This document shows, piece by piece, positions 25,517 through 39,799 of a stretch of DNA of 64,000 nt. The first letter of the stretch is position 1. Every line of letters starts with the position of its first letter. This stretch comes from Klebsormidium nitens (Eukaryota > Plantae > Klebsormidiophyceae), in NCBI GenBank assembly GCA_000708835.1, contig DF237420.1, positions 1 through 64,000 on the forward strand, written 5' to 3'. Below the pieces are notes generated by a model that saw only the letters and a program-made list of their open reading frames with translations, ran no database searches and had not been told where the DNA came from. Made by a program: the position numbers and the translations under genes.

Positions 25517-28500
25517 CTATGCTGACTCCACAGAGTATTTGAACTTTTCGATGTGGCCCATGGCGCAGTCGGTGAAAAACCAGTCCCAGATGAGGACGCT
25601 GTCCAAGACGGGGATGTCCGTTTCGTCACAGCCAAAAGGGTCCGCGAGCGCATTGGACAGCTCGCGAATGCCCAGCGTGCAGAGGACGGTCAGAAGCATC
25701 GGAAATATGGACCAGTAACCGGAGGAGAACACCTGAGAGCGGCACAGGGCGACAGTTATTAGATTGGCCCAGTGACCCCTTCAATAGACATTAAGGTCTG
25801 CTCAAACAGTTCGCGGATGCCCAGCAAGATCAGAATATTTGAGTAGGTGTTTTACGAGAAATGAAGCAGTAACCGGCCGGAGGAAAATTTTCGAGAGCGG
25901 ACACAGGAAAGTTTTCAGTATGCAGAGCCTGGCTGAGTAAACGGTTGAGGAGCTGCCGACGCCGTTCGTTTGAACTACTTTGAAGCGTGGGAGTGGGCGG
26001 TTAAAATCATCGATAAGATGGATCAATACCGGAGGAAATCAATTTTGCGCCGAGGAATGGAGGACTTACTGATGGGCTTCCACGCCCAGAGCCCAATTGA
26101 AATTCCACCGGCCCCGCAGAGACTCTCTCAAGTGCCGCAAAGCATGCATGCTTAGAAGTTTGGAAAAGTTTCGGAATACTGATGACGTTAGCGGGAAGAA
26201 GCCCCTGGGGGATGGGGACGTAGGGGAGCATCCGCTTTTGAAAATGCTATCGGGATCGACTGAATCCAATCGCGTCTGGGAGCGTGATATTCACAAACGG
26301 AAGACCAGATGTCACGGGATTTTCGCAAGCATGCTGCAGGAAGGATGAACTGATGATTACGAAGTAAACCCTATGAGCAAAGTAAACTCGGATCAGGGTC
26401 TTCAATACAAACGCGCTAAAGCTTTCAACGGTGACTGAAATAGTGGCGAATCTTTGAAGCATGGTTAAATGAAATAGGGAGTATAGTTGGCCGAGTAACA
26501 TCCTAGCTAGGAAAACTCATTGGGAGAGCCATCATGTGGGCTCACCTGAGTGTAAGCCAGTATCAATAGGTATCCGATCGCCATGACGTTCAAAAGGTGG
26601 TGAAACGCAAAGGGTACCTGCATCAATGGTTCAGGCGCGTGTTCAGTCTCAGTCTGCTCTAACTGCTGTGGAACAACCAGATGCAGCGACTTTTAATCCC
26701 TCCATTTTACTTGTTCAGATTTCTTGAATGAGAGGACCTGAAAGGCATAGCAAGAATCAAGAAACGGAAGCGTCTGTCTTTCAAGAAAAGCCCCAAAACA
26801 GGCCTGGTGCGTGACTGGTCGCGCAAAGGTGTCAGTATTGGAACTCAATGATGCACCGTTTGTATGTGGTGAACAAGTGTTCTTCAACTGCCAGCTATGG
26901 TTACGGGGCGATTTCTTCAAACTGAAGGAAACCTTGGGCCAAACCGGAGCCCAAGAGAAGAAAAAAAGAGAATCGTGGCGCGAAAAGTGCATGGTAAAAA
27001 GTCTTGCATCTCATTGACGTGAAAGCTTAGCTTAGGTTATCCCGTTGCTAAGCAGACGAGCCCGAAATGTTCAACATGGATCTCTCGAAAGAAGCATAAT
27101 AACCATTTTCCGCTTTTTTCCGCTCATTTCATAGAACCCTCACAGGTGCGTCTCGGCAATATGGCTACAAGTACTTTGTTTGAGCGTGACTGATCGACTC
27201 TGAAAGTCTGTAACCTCTTTTCACCAAAGGTTTGAAAAACTGCAACATGACATTGCTTTTGAGCCCAGGAGCGGTTTCCTTCGTACGATCGGGTCAGCGA
27301 ATGATTGGCACTTGACAACATTGCAAAAACGGTACGTACCGGCGTGGCGGCGTATTCGTAGAGAGTGCTGAACCCGTTGAAAAGGCGCAGGAAGGCGCCG
27401 GCAAGCGTGTCGTGGGTTCGCTCGGTGATATGCCCCGCCCGGAATTCCTGGAAGATCAGGTACATCGTCCACTTGACGACCTGCCCCGGAGAGACAACCG
27501 GGCGTTTAGGAGAGTGCTTCTTTCAACTGCCGTGGGGAATAAGGACAAAAGAAAAGAAAAATAAGCAGAAAAAGAGTGATCCTCCCGGTGATATGCCCCG
27601 CTCGGAATTCCTGGAAGATCAGGTACATCGTCCACTTTGACGACCTGGCCGGGGAGACAATACATGAGCGGTAGCTGCCTACATTCTTTTCTCCGCTTCT
27701 GATGATGCTGGGTTGTGGCTGATCTCAGGAACGTGGGACCTTTAAGATTTACTGGCGGTGGAATTCTTAGGCCAGAGCGATGCATATTCCCTGATACTGC
27801 ATGTTGCTCTCAGAATCGACGCAAGATGAAGAGCATGAAGAAAGTGCGATATATCCAAATCGAACATTGGGCTCATCATCTATAAAGAACTTTAAGAGAA
27901 AAATTCAAGCACTTGCCCCTCATAGGGCATCCGCCGGCGCCTCTCATCTTTGCGCTTCACGCTTCGCGCTTTTGCAATCCAGCTCAAGCCAGCCAGACAG
28001 CCACTCAGTTATCATTACCGATAACAGGTTCTGGATCTCTCAGTGAAACGTTTCCATTGAATGTTTCGTCAACAGGTGCAGAACGCCCTTCTTCGTCTTC
28101 TGCAGTCTGATTGTCGACTCACCGAGAACACGGGCTTCACCCCTTCCGGCAGTGCAAGGATTAAGGCCTCCTCCTCTAACGTCAGCAGCTGCCTGTCGTG
28201 CACTCTCTTGAGCGCCCACACGTGGAGGTCGTTCTTCTTGTAGTGGGGCAGCCAGGCGAAGCCGAGGTAGCAGCAGGCGATGCAGTAATTCAGCAGCTTT
28301 TGGCGGACGATGGACGCGCCTGCAGATATTAAGGAAAGGTGTAATCGTGTTTCCTGCGCTCTTGATTCTTTGATTCTACCGGGCTTCTCCTCTAGGGCTT
28401 CTCCTCTAAAGATGGACTTGTGTACTAAACTGAATACGTCCTTCTCCGTCCATGCGGATCAGGGGACAGAGGTCTGCTTACTCTACTCTCTTTGCGATTT

Positions 28501-30592
28501 GCAGTCTTCGTCTGCCTGTGTAAGGTCTTTTCCGGTTTTCGAGCTAGCTGGCAGGCACTCTCGTGATGTGCCGAGCCTTGCCAGTGCTTAGTCTGTCAAA
28601 AGTGAGGTGAAATAAATCCAACTCGTCGCACTTTTAAAGCGGCAAGAGCTGGGAGCAAGGCTGGGCACACGCGGGACTCGGACTTGCAGAACGGCAAGAG
28701 GACGTACTGCCTGAAAAGCAGAGATTTGTACCCACCCCTGTTTGTTGCTTACCGTATTGTGCTTGATTGGTGACGTTCTGCCCCAGCACCAGGAGTCGAT
28801 GGTGACGTCATCTAGAAAAACGGTCCGTTTCGGACGAGAATCGGACTTACCCGGGAAGCGGTCGTCGTCGAAGCGCGTCCGCAGGTCCGTCGTGAACTGC
28901 CACGCGGCCTTGGCTACCAGGTTGCACGCGTCGTACTGCACAAAGAACCTGTCGGGCAAACCGGTGATTAGTGATCTAGCAACGTTTCTCTGCTATAAAT
29001 CCCGCTCAACTGTGAGATTGCACTAGCAGTGAACGTGGAAATGGGCCCTGAACGTCCGTATCTTGTGATGAACCGGCCTCAAAGATCGAGAAGCTTTGCT
29101 GAGTGTTTGCGAAGTCGTGCTCTTCGAACGGATTTCAAAACCTTCCGCTCGTTTGCTTCCGCACCAAATGTGTAGCTGGATCGACGTCAGATGCAGATTT
29201 TGGACGGGATCCGACAACGGAAGTCATTTTTTCACCCACGGCCTCCCGCTCCAAGAAGAACAAGGTTAAGCTGCGTTTTATCCCTGGGCACCGTTCTTTG
29301 AGAGACTTGGCGAGCAGTTGTGCAGATGTATCGGCATACTAGTTTCATCAGCAGAAGGCTGCGTTGCAGGCGTCGCAAAAGGTCCTTGTCCGACTAGGTT
29401 GTTTTTCGCAGCCTTGATTTGTTTTGGCACTTGGATAATCCGTCTTGTTGCCAGGACCGGTGCAGACGGCGATACGAGCGGGCTTGAGAACCCTGCGCAC
29501 GTCGCCTAGCTTCTCCTCACCTGGCGTAACTCTGCGTCGTTTGGAACACGAGAACGAACGACACCAGCGTTCCCAGGAAGCCGGCATATGTGCTGGACCG
29601 CAGAAACGGCCAAGGCGTGTTGCCAGGTGTCGTGTCGATGCGGATCTTGTTGTGGTCGGTCTGGTAGTAGCAGATGAGGAGCAACACGTGGACGGATATG
29701 ATTAGCCAGAAGCTGGAGCTGAGGAGAGCCATCTTGGCGGCGGTGCCCGTGAGCCGGAAGAGCAGCCGGATCGGGTGATTGGCGTCGTATATATACGTGC
29801 CCTGCGGAATCTGCAGGGGGAGGGAATATGCGACTTTTACTTCAAAACGTTTTCAGTGCTATCTACCCGGCTTTGGCGGCCAACGCTGCCGCATTGGCTG
29901 GCTGCATGGTTTTTTTATGCAATACTAAAAGCTGAAGACGGAATGACTTGCGGACTTTGTTGCTTTCGCTTCCGTTTGTTCTTCAAGCTGCTCCGTTCTC
30001 GTGAGCTGTGTTCTTCATGAAGCGCGAAGACCTCCGAGTCATGCTATCTTGGGAAGTGCCTCAAAGATCAGCAAGCGACTGGCTTTTACTAGTCACTTGT
30101 TATTCCAGTGATACAGCATAAGGATGTCTGCCAGCTCGACTCGAACAGGACTCAGGTTTTGAGCCCGTCTCACTTCGTCATGAAGCGTTCTTACATTATC
30201 ACGCAAATATCTGAAAACACCCAACTGACTTAGAAGCCATCCAAGAAACAACCTTCCTGACCGTAAGCAGGTCGAGAACTGGACGGCCGAGAAACGAGCT
30301 CCTCGAAAAGTCGCAACAGGCCCATTTCGAAACCTGCCAAACCAAGTTTCTGTGAGCTTCTCATTTCAAGACTTCTTCTTACCAGTCCTGCTTTCTTCAA
30401 ACCCTTCAGGGGCGCCAACAGGGGGCTGTCGGGGTTGGCCGGTGCAAAGAGATTTGTCCCGTCCACCATACTGTAGTCAATCAGGCCCTCGTGTTTCTTG
30501 GCTTGTGCGCCCAGTGACACCTTTGTCGGCATCGGAATAACCGTTTCCTTTTCAGCTGCGGTACCCTCTGGAGGCGCTGATTTCGAAGCCAT
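25517..30592 (-). CDS. Bestrophin-like anion channel, copy B (paralog of copy A); 7 coding exons, 407 aa
   Basis: Exons (minus) 30592-30383, 29810-29521, 28948-28851, 28319-28123, 27480-27340, 26617-26546, 25732-25517. Sizes 210/290/98/197/141/72/216 are identical to copy A, with the same motifs (VLVFQTTQSYAR, ELSNALADPFGCDETDIP). Confidence 0.85.
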
Positions 30593-32468
30593 CTCTGGAA
30601 TGCTTATAACGTACGTCACTCAGAACACTGCAGAAATGGAATCCAGAGAGTTATCATAAGACTCTGAGAAGGGTCTGGCGGCCATCAATAGTTTAATTAG
30701 CGTGATGTCCTGTTTGGCTTGTCTTGAGCATCTCTAAAAGATGCAGAGTCTACTGTGGAACCGATGATCCTTCATTCTTCACAATGAAGGATTGTGGGTC
30801 AACGTACGCAGCATGGTAAGGAGCTGCTGAATGTTCCAGAAAAGATTCACGGCATCAGATGGCAATGGGTATTGATGGCCTGTGTTGAGGTGCAGCTGAA
30901 TGCACCTTGACAAGCGCTCCATGAGAAATATACCAAACACCACTCGAGGCAAAGACAATACAAATGGCACATGGAAAAAAAAATCTACATTCGCGGGTTC
31001 AATGCACATTCTGAACTTTTTGTGTGGCGTTAGAGAACGAATGTTGTCCTCCGGTGCACAGTTCAAGCTGGTTCTGCAGCCTGCCAGCTATGCTTGATTC
31101 CTGAGCCATGAAAGGGTCACCTTTCTTCACGAACTTACAGGATAGGCCTAGTGAAAGCCCAATAGGTGACAGCCCAATGTGACAAAACAGCATCTGAGGT
31201 CTGGCTGCTTACAAGTGGTTCGCTCTCCTGTATATTTTCAGCCTACATGAACAACATGTCGATCCATGGTGCTTCCAAAGGAATAGACAGTTTGATATTG
31301 CTTGAGCTTTCAAGGACACAAGTTCTTCAGCATCATATGTAATCAGGTAGATTGATTGAATCGTACTGTACTTGATTTTGATATCTCCAGATGTTTCTTC
31401 TTGTCAAGGAAGGCGTACAGCCTGGCTGTTATTGTCAAATCATTGGCTAAGACTTTACATTGTGTGCTGCTAGATTTGACCTTAAGAGTGCAAAACTATG
31501 TTTGCCACCTTTCTTCAATCGGTGAGCCAGCGTTCAGGATGCTAGTATCACATACACATTAGCGCTCAAAGACATTCTCACATTGCCAAACTTGTTGCCC
31601 TGCACTCACCTCGAAATTGCCAGTGGAGAGTTCCGGCGCTGACGCCAACGCCTACAAGACAAGAGACCTCTACCTGAAACCGAGTGACAAGTGACAAGGG
31701 GTCGAAGGCTGCACGCAGCTGAGCTAGATCCTGTAGGTTGTAATTGGAATTATAGTTGTGCTTCAAACGACAATTTTGATAAATATACGACAAGTGATAT
31801 GGGCGGACCCTCACAGCAACCCTCAAAGGTAGACTAAGTATTCATTGTTTTGAAGTTGTTTTGGACGTACAGCTCAGAGGACTAGGTCTGCTGTTTTGAA
31901 CAGTTCAGAGTGTCTGACTCGTGGCTATTGATCATGAATCGGACCAGTCTCAATGCTAGCTTGGACTGAGCAGCATCATATATGGGAAGGATGACATTGA
32001 CACAGACGATCAAAAGACCAAGTGACTCCGCAAGCGCGGTGGTATGTGTGTGAAAAAGCCGGCTCAGCTGCTTCGAGCTGCTCCAAAATTCCATTCAAGT
32101 GCATGACTTTGAAAGCTCAGCAGGGCCAATTTATAAGCGGCAGGCGACCGTGAGCTAGCAGGGCACATCTAGGATCTTTGTCGCCGGGGGTTAGCTCGAT
32201 GCTAACTCTAAAAGCTAAGTCACCGTAGCCGCCGCTCAATATCAAGCTCCCTGGCCGTCACCGCAATGCTCTGCTGCTGCTGCGTGCATCCGTATTAGGA
32301 ATGACGTGGGGGGGCACTCCTCCGTACGGTAAAGTACCCCGGCAAGAGTCGCAATTGAATTAAAGTCGAATGCGGCGGAGCGTACGCCATATACCGTACG
32401 GCATCCATGATAAGCTATGGACGCTCGCCCCTTGGTCCCGGAACGGTACCTAGCTGCGTCCGTACCAA

Positions 32469-33074
32469 GGCATGGTGTCAAAACACCTTTGTAGCGGTGC
32501 ACTGAACTCCGGTTTTTCGAAGTTTTGAGGGGTGCATGGAAGCCGGTTTTGAGTAAAGCCCGAATTTGTCCGAGTGGGTATGGAAGCCGGTTCTGCTTTG
32601 CGCTCACCAACTTCACTTTTGGGGCGGGGTTATGGAAGTTCGTTCAAGGCGTTGAAGTTTTTAGAGGGGGGCTATTACAAGAAGAGCGACGTTTCTGGGG
32701 TCGTTTTCTCCGGCAACGTAGACCCCCAACAAGAATCCTGTGTCTACGGCCCGTCAACGAAAACCAGAAATTCTTAGATCTACGAGGTTCTTTGAAGGTT
32801 TTAGGGCTATACGTATGTGTCTAGTTCTTGAAGACACCTGGTTCTAACCTGAGTTACAGTAAAACCTAAAGCGTTTTGCAAGCCAGATCAAAGGTGAGGG
32901 GGGGAAAGCGGTCAGTACAAATATTGTACTACTAGGGGTCAAAACATCGACTACAGAGGCCCCCCCCCTGGAGGTCGGTTTTAGATGCTCATGGGCCTTC
33001 AGTTGGACCCCCTGGAAGCCGGTTTTTAAACCGGAGTTCAGTGCACCACTGCAAAAGTGTATTGACACGATGCC
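32469..33074. mobile_element. MITE-like non-autonomous element with about 46-bp terminal inverted repeats
   Basis: Left arm ggcatggtgtcaaaacacctttgtagcggtgcactgaactccggttt (32469-32515) matches the reverse complement of 33028-33074, with a perfect core GGTGCACTGAACTCCGGTTT. The interior repeats gaagccggttt and has no credible ORF. No clear TSD was found. Confidence 0.6.
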
Positions 33075-34351
33075 CAAGTCCGTACCCAACGCGGGTACAT
33101 TACATGACACGTCATGCGATCGCAAGTCCGACCACGCTGAGTCTTGAGTCTTGACTCGGACCGACCGCTTCGCAAGGGCTACTAGTAGCTGTCGCAGTGT
33201 CGAAGCAGTGTAAGACTAGTAACTACCTTACGTTTAGTACAGTCTACGTACAGTCCCGACTTAATGCACGTTTATCGGCTCATCATTTGCCGGTCGATCA
33301 AATTACGAGGGCATGAATTGCGTCCGGAAACGGGCCGGAAACTTAGCTAAACGGTACGGTATCTCATCAACCATGCAGAGGCTCGGCCAATCACAGTACT
33401 CGGGGACTCCTGAGCACCCAGAACACAGGTGTCACAAATCACTGCCCAGTGCGGAGTGCTCACTACTCAGCTGGAATCATTTGCGGCGCCATTCGTGTGC
33501 CGGTATTTTACATCGTGCACACTGCAGACGTCATATGCATGTGACTTTCAACAGCGGTCTCTGCAGATGGGTACGGTCTAGTGGCGCCTACGTCATGAGT
33601 ATTAGGTAAACCACTTTCGTCACGGCAGCATCGAGAGTGCGAAACTGGGAGTCTGGGAGAATTGACCTGGAGCTAGAGGACTTCTTTCTTTTTCGTAGCA
33701 GGTAAGTACCAGGTAGCGCTTTCAAGGCAGCTCCGACCATGATCCCATGACAATGACGTGACGGCAACGAGATTGCCCTCCATGCGCGCGCGCCACCTTC
33801 AATGAGCCTCGCTCAGTGACTGCTACTCGAAGAGTCGAAGTTCAAGAGGGTTCTGGCTTTGCCTCTTTCAACCTCAAGTTGAAAAGGTCCCTGTGCAGTC
33901 CTTTCACACGGGCCCTAGTGCTGATCACAGCTGTCATGTGGAAGCTGACTGTGCGCACCAGCGCCTAGCCTGCTGATCAACGGCAAAACTTCTTTGCAGC
34001 AGGTGACTGAAAAGTCAGATTGGGTCTTTGTTATCATGTGAGCAAGATTTTAAGTATGCAGCTTGATTACAAACGCTGACGGGCGCGCCGTGGCCAGGAT
34101 AGAGGGACTTTTGAGGTGAGCCACTGTACTGGGCTGCACAGGAGTCTCTGACAGGAGACGAGGTCGATTCCAAAAGTGGAGATCGCTGCAGTATATCGAC
34201 GGACGGCGCAGCTAGGCCCACAGCAGTGGCCACATGCAATGTGGCTGTACGGAAGAGCTCCGATTTACATTTTTTTGGTTGGACTAACTAGAGCCTGAAG
34301 ACTTGCGGAAGAGACAACCTCACGTAGCTAGACATTGTGGATATAAGCAGT

Positions 34352-37300
34352 ATGGCTTCTCACCGGGTCGATGCTGAGCAGCCAGAAGCCGGCGTGTCAA
34401 CCTCTCAAGGGGCAAGTGGTGCCCCAGACTTTAACACCAGCATTGGTGAAGTCCGCCCACCAGCTTACAGCATTGATGACCTGGAGAGAGATGCCAAAGA
34501 AGGGGTGCAAGAGGTGCAGCGCAGAGTGCTCACAGCGATTCTGGCGCTTAATGAAAACACAGAATACCTACGCAGGTCAGTTGACCGGATGTCACTGCTT
34601 TCTGAGCTGGAACGTGTGCAACAAAACAACTGAAGCAGAGCCTGTGAGCCTTTGTTGGTGCCCGCTAAAAGATACTCTTGTGAGTTTGTTTGGTCTCTTC
34701 TGCTTCTTTTTCCTACCAGCTCATCTGGCTGTGACTCTTGTAATGGATCCCACGGACTGTTCCTACCTTTGCAGAGCTAGCAAGATAGCTAGTTTTCAGC
34801 TGTGTACAGGCATGTTTGATCTTTCCAGAACGAACCATATCTAAATTGACAAGGCGCAGCTGTCCTTATTTTGTGAGCAACGCGAACCAGCTGTATGCAG
34901 TGGATTGAGTCCGCGCAAGACTATAAATGCACAACCCGACAAGAGGCTAGCATTTTAGGGGACGTGCATGTATTCAACAACATAAAGCATTGACGTGCGC
35001 TGCGCTCTAGAGAGCTGCGCTTGGTTCCCTTCTTTGACTGCAAGATCCAAAATTCCTGAAGCTTGTCTGCCGTTGCTCTTTGACTGAAGCAAACGTCTCT
35101 TTGCGCTGTGCAGCTACGGGTTGGATCGATCGTCCAGCGTGGAAAGATTCAAAGCTGCGCATCCCCTGACCACTTACGGCCACTTCAAGCCCTGGGTGGA
35201 GCGAGAGGCATCCAACTTCCATACGGGAAGCGAACCGAAGATCCTCTGCGGAGAGAAGATTGCACACTTTCTGCTGACGTAAGCAATCAAATCCTTTTGC
35301 TTTGTCAGCATTGCAGATCAGGTGCTCCCTCACAAATCAACAATGCTTACGAGTGGAAGGTGTTAGACAAGGAGGATGGTGGTGTAACCATCCTTGATGG
35401 CGGAAATGCAGTTGTCTCGGAAACGGGCGCCTTTGTCGAATGAAGGCAGGCAGGAGATTAGCGCGTGAAACTTTGATTCTGGTGATTGCGACGTCTGCGC
35501 TTGAAGAGAATGTCAGATTAAGCACGGTCCGCTCAACAAGACCGGCCAACAATAACAGAGCCCGGACGCTGAGCTGGCAGAAGCTTCAGGAACAACAGAT
35601 GGCCTGTTACGCAAACTCACACCAACTCCATTCTTTCATTGTCTTTTATCGATTATCACAGAGAGTCTGTTTTTGAGAACTGTCTTCTTACGGTGTTCCT
35701 CCAGGTCTGGAAGCACCGACAGCCGGAAGCTGATCCCCGAGACGGAGGGCTCGTTGACCCGCGCCACGCGGTTGATTGTTCTGGCGGCCTCCATCTTTAC
35801 AAGGTACCGAAGTACTGATGAACTGCATTTCACCTGCCCTTGAGCGATTCGGTATGCTTTTCCATGGCGTGTTCTTGGCAACTTTCGTTTCCGTGCTGAA
35901 TGTTGGGTCGCTCGACTCAGGTTTGCGAGAGGGTTTCAGGATCCGGATTCCCACGAGCTTAACACGGTCGCCGTTACTTACTTGCCTGCTCATTCAGTCC
36001 ACAGAAACTTTTGAAAACAGCTAGACAATTGCTCGCGCAGTCAATCGTTGAGCGACGCTGCCAAGCCGGGCTTGTAAGTTTGTTTTCCGCCCGTCCCTTA
36101 CAGGAACGGCAAGTCGCGCTTTCCTGTGTCCGCAAGTCTTGATCTGTTTGGCAGAGACCACAAACGCTAGATTATCTCGAGTTCATGTTTCGGGCGGAAG
36201 CAGCTTAAGCAGAAACAGGGCCCAGTCCGCTGATCAGCAACTTCTGAAAACTCAAGAGTTACTGTATCCCGTCTCGATTCCAAGCAGAAGTCATCGGACC
36301 AGTCTCGTCGGACGGTCAGAACTAAACGGACTCCCAAACTTTGCGCCGGCCAGTCAGCCGAGCTCAGAAGAGATTCCGAACAAGCCAGGTTTTCCGCGAG
36401 TTGAAGAAGTAGCTTCATGCAATCTACCCATAATGTCGCTTTTCCTGGCAGCTTATCTAATTGGAGCTTAGTTTGCACGTGCTTAAGCCAGGCACACAGC
36501 CAATCAATCCACTCGTAGAGAAGATACTGACTTAATTGCCTGCTGAATTTGGATCTTCTCCGTGTACCCACCAGATTCGTGACCCAGCTCGGTTGACCCG
36601 CAGGTTCTTCGGCGCTGAGTCCAACGCCTACGCGCTGCGCCTGGTCAACATGACTCGGCCGCAGCCTCTTCCGGGCGGTCTTCAAGCCATGCATTTAGTT
36701 CCAGCTCTTACCCGGTTTGGCCTCGACAAGTTTCCCGACGCCGTGTCCCGCACCATGAGCAGCCCCGCGGAGGTATTCACACTGTTCGACGCGGAGCAAG
36801 CCGCGTACTGCCACATGCTCTGCGCGCTCGCCGGTGCGAAAAAGCTCACCCAGATGCGGACCTCGTTCGCCGCCAGCTTCGTCGCGGCTTTTCACACTCT
36901 GGAGCGGGACTGGCGGGGCCTGGTGGAGGACGTCCGGAGCGGCGGTGTGAATGCGGCCCGGGTCGGGTCGGAGGAAGTTCGGGCGGCGATCGCAACGAGA
37001 ATGGCGAGGGATTGCGAGGATTTGAAGAGTCTTGCGGACGAGCTCGAAGCGGAATTCCAGAAAGGGTTTGACGGGATCATCCCGAGAGTGTGGCCGAAGG
37101 TGAAGTTCGTGGAGTGCATTCTCACTGGGCCAATGGCACCCTATCTGGAGCCCCTCAGAAGGTGAGAACCGGCGCCCTTGGGCGAGTTTTGATCCACGCT
37201 TGTGAAGTGAGATTATTGAAGCGCTGCAGAATTTGTATCTTCCTTCGACTTGCTTCAAGCAGAACGATCTACACCGTTATCGTCGTCCCTTGAAAATGGA

Positions 37301-38695
37301 TCGCTTCTAGTTCCGTCCTGGACCTCAGGGGTTGCGTTCAGAGATCATCCATACTAAGGTGCTTTCATCAGCCACTTGCAAGCCATGAAGAGAAATTGAA
37401 AGCAAGTTTTTTATCTGCTTGCTCCGCCTTCCGTCAAGTTTCGTATATTCCGTCTATCATCGTTCGTCATCGTCTTCGTCGTTTCGGATTTTCCACTTGC
37501 ATCCGCATAGTTTGTGCCAGGGCTTCAATTCGAACAGGAAGTCGCGAGCTACCCGCAAATATTCTGACCGATTATCTTCTCTGCCCTCATCGCTAGAGTC
37601 GCCGGGACACGTCAATCCTCACCACTCTCACCGATGCTCCTCACTCTTCATGGGCTCTCGGCGCAATCTATCAGGCTGCCATTCGTCTCTCTGACTGTTT
37701 CGAAGCGCTATCGTTTCCGTTTCAACTCCAGTTTTTAGCAACCCTACTAGAGGTATCTCCGATGAAGGTAGCCGTTTCCGGTTTTAGATCTTTTCTTACT
37801 CGTAAAGTCTCTCCGAACTTTCCCTAGGTTTGCGGGCCCGTACCTTCCCCTGGTTACGCTAACCTACGGCTCCTCCGAAGCCTTCGTCGGCATCAATGTC
37901 GACCTCTCGAGTCCCGACCCCAGCACTGCCCGGTACACCGTTCTCCCGAGGGAGGCCTTCTGGGAATTCATCCCGGTGGAAGCGACCGGTAGCGAATCCC
38001 CGACCACTCTCGGCCTTCACGAGCTCGAAGTCGGCCGCTGCTACGAAGTGGTACTCACCAACTACGGCGGTCTGTACCGGTACCGACTGGAGGACATCGT
38101 CAAAGTGGAGGCGCACTTACACTCCCTGCCGCAGATCAGCTTCCAGTACCGCCGGGGCGTGCTCGCGATCCAGGGCGCGAGCGAGCACGTGACCGAGCGC
38201 GACCTCGCGGCCGCGGTCGCGGACGCGGCCGCGGCGCTCGCGCCACGCGCGCTGCGCCTGGTCGAGTACACGACCGCGATCGACATGGAGTGCCGGCCGC
38301 CGCGGTACACCGTCTTCTGGGAGGTAGAACCTCTACCGGGAAACGCGGCGGGAAGGGTTGAGCTCCCTGCGGAGAACCAGGAAGAGGCATCGGCCTCGCT
38401 CGACGTTGCGGAGTTGGCAGATGCGCTCGACAGAGCCGTTCAGGCGCAGAACGCGTCGTACGACATGTCCCGCTCGGTGAAGAAGGAGCTGTCGAAGCTG
38501 GAGCTGTGTGTCGTCCGGGCGGGAACATTCGACGAGCTGTTTCGATACAAGGTGGCCCAGGGGGCGCACGCCGGGCAGTACAAAGTGCCCCGGTGCCTCA
38601 AAACGGAGGACGTGCTTGGGATATTCCGGCGGAACGTTCAGCGGAGCTCCGCTCCGGACAGCCAGTGGGTGACCGGGGGGCAAGGCGGGAGTTGA
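34352..38695 (+). CDS. GH3: GH3 family acyl acid-amido synthetase (ANL adenylating enzyme); 5 coding exons, 637 aa
   Basis: Exons 34352-34575, 35114-35278, 35705-35803, 36604-37161, 37828-38695 total 1914 nt, with all introns in phase 2. Motifs are VQRRVLTAILALNENTEYL, FKAAHPLTTY, motif I TSGSTDSRKLIP, VWPKVKFVECILTG, motif II YGSSE, EFIP, YEVVLTNYGGLYRYRLEDIV (motif III) and the C-terminal QYKVPRC. Confidence 0.93.
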
Positions 38696-39799
38696 GTACA
38701 GCCAGCTTGTAATATTCGTTCCTCACGGGAATACAGAAGCGTCGTGTGCTTGCAGACTACGAAACTGTCCCGTTCAGAGTTACGTAGCGCGCCGTAGTGC
38801 CCCGAGTGTCGCGTTAACGAGAACGTACTAGCTACATTTCTCACGACGTCAGAAGATGCAGCATGACTGTCGGTTAGGTGGGTGTGTGTCACTCGTACGC
38901 TTTTGGAAGCTTAGGGAATCGTCAGAAACCACTTTTTTTGCTTCACGTCAATCGCACAGTCGACCTCAGCTTGAAATTGAGGTTGAGAACTTGCTTAGGC
39001 ACGGCATGTGAGTGGTATCTCATCTGGTCGAAAAACAGATTCTCATACAGAGTCACGGACTGTCGTTACACGGCTCCAAACTTCAGGATGCCGGCATAGA
39101 GAGCATACTTTCTTCCGTAGTCATTGAAAATTCACATGCAGTTTTATGCATGCAGATTAAGCTTTGAATATTTTCGCGGTAGTTCTAGTACTTATCACGT
39201 AATTCTACTCGTCTGTTCACTGTGCAATTCTCATCTTACATATCCGACTGTTTGAAAGGCCAATCATGACCATGTCTCCCTTGGATATGCGGCAAAAGAA
39301 GAGGCCCTTCAGTGCTCGAGTATATGAAACAAGATTCTCAAAACATGAATCGCGAACTGCAATCTGAACACCAGCTCAAATATTTTTCGAGGCAGCGCTG
39401 CCTGTCCGCCCCTTCTCCGGAGCGACGCGCCTGTATGTCACTGGCACTCCCGCGAACCGGCCACTTGACTCGGTCATTTGTCAAAGAACGAGTCGTATGA
39501 GATTTGAGTTGCAAGTCCAAACGGGCTGCGGGGCAAGTCATGCAACCACGCACCACTATATTGCATGTTTCGCGACTCAGGTCTGTGTGTCTGCCAGTGG
39601 TGTCTATTGAGGTTATAACGGATTCGCAAAGCCCGATGTGCGTTTCGAACTGCAAAGCGTCCTTAGCACAAAGATCGAGTCCGTCCTGAGATGTTTTTCC
39701 TTCCTTGGAATCGGGTTAACTAACACCTCCTGATGGCCGGAGGGCGATCGCCTTAGCTACATCAGGATCGCATCTCAGCCCGTGTTTGTGCGCCACGTG

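Noticed and set aside
34337-34633. Stand-alone small coiled-coil-like protein
   Set aside because: It is GH3 exon 1 read through the gtcagt donor at 34576.
35317-35443. Possible GH3 exon 3 directly after exon 2
   Set aside because: It would need a 38-nt intron and ends in a stop. The real motif I exon is at 35705-35803.
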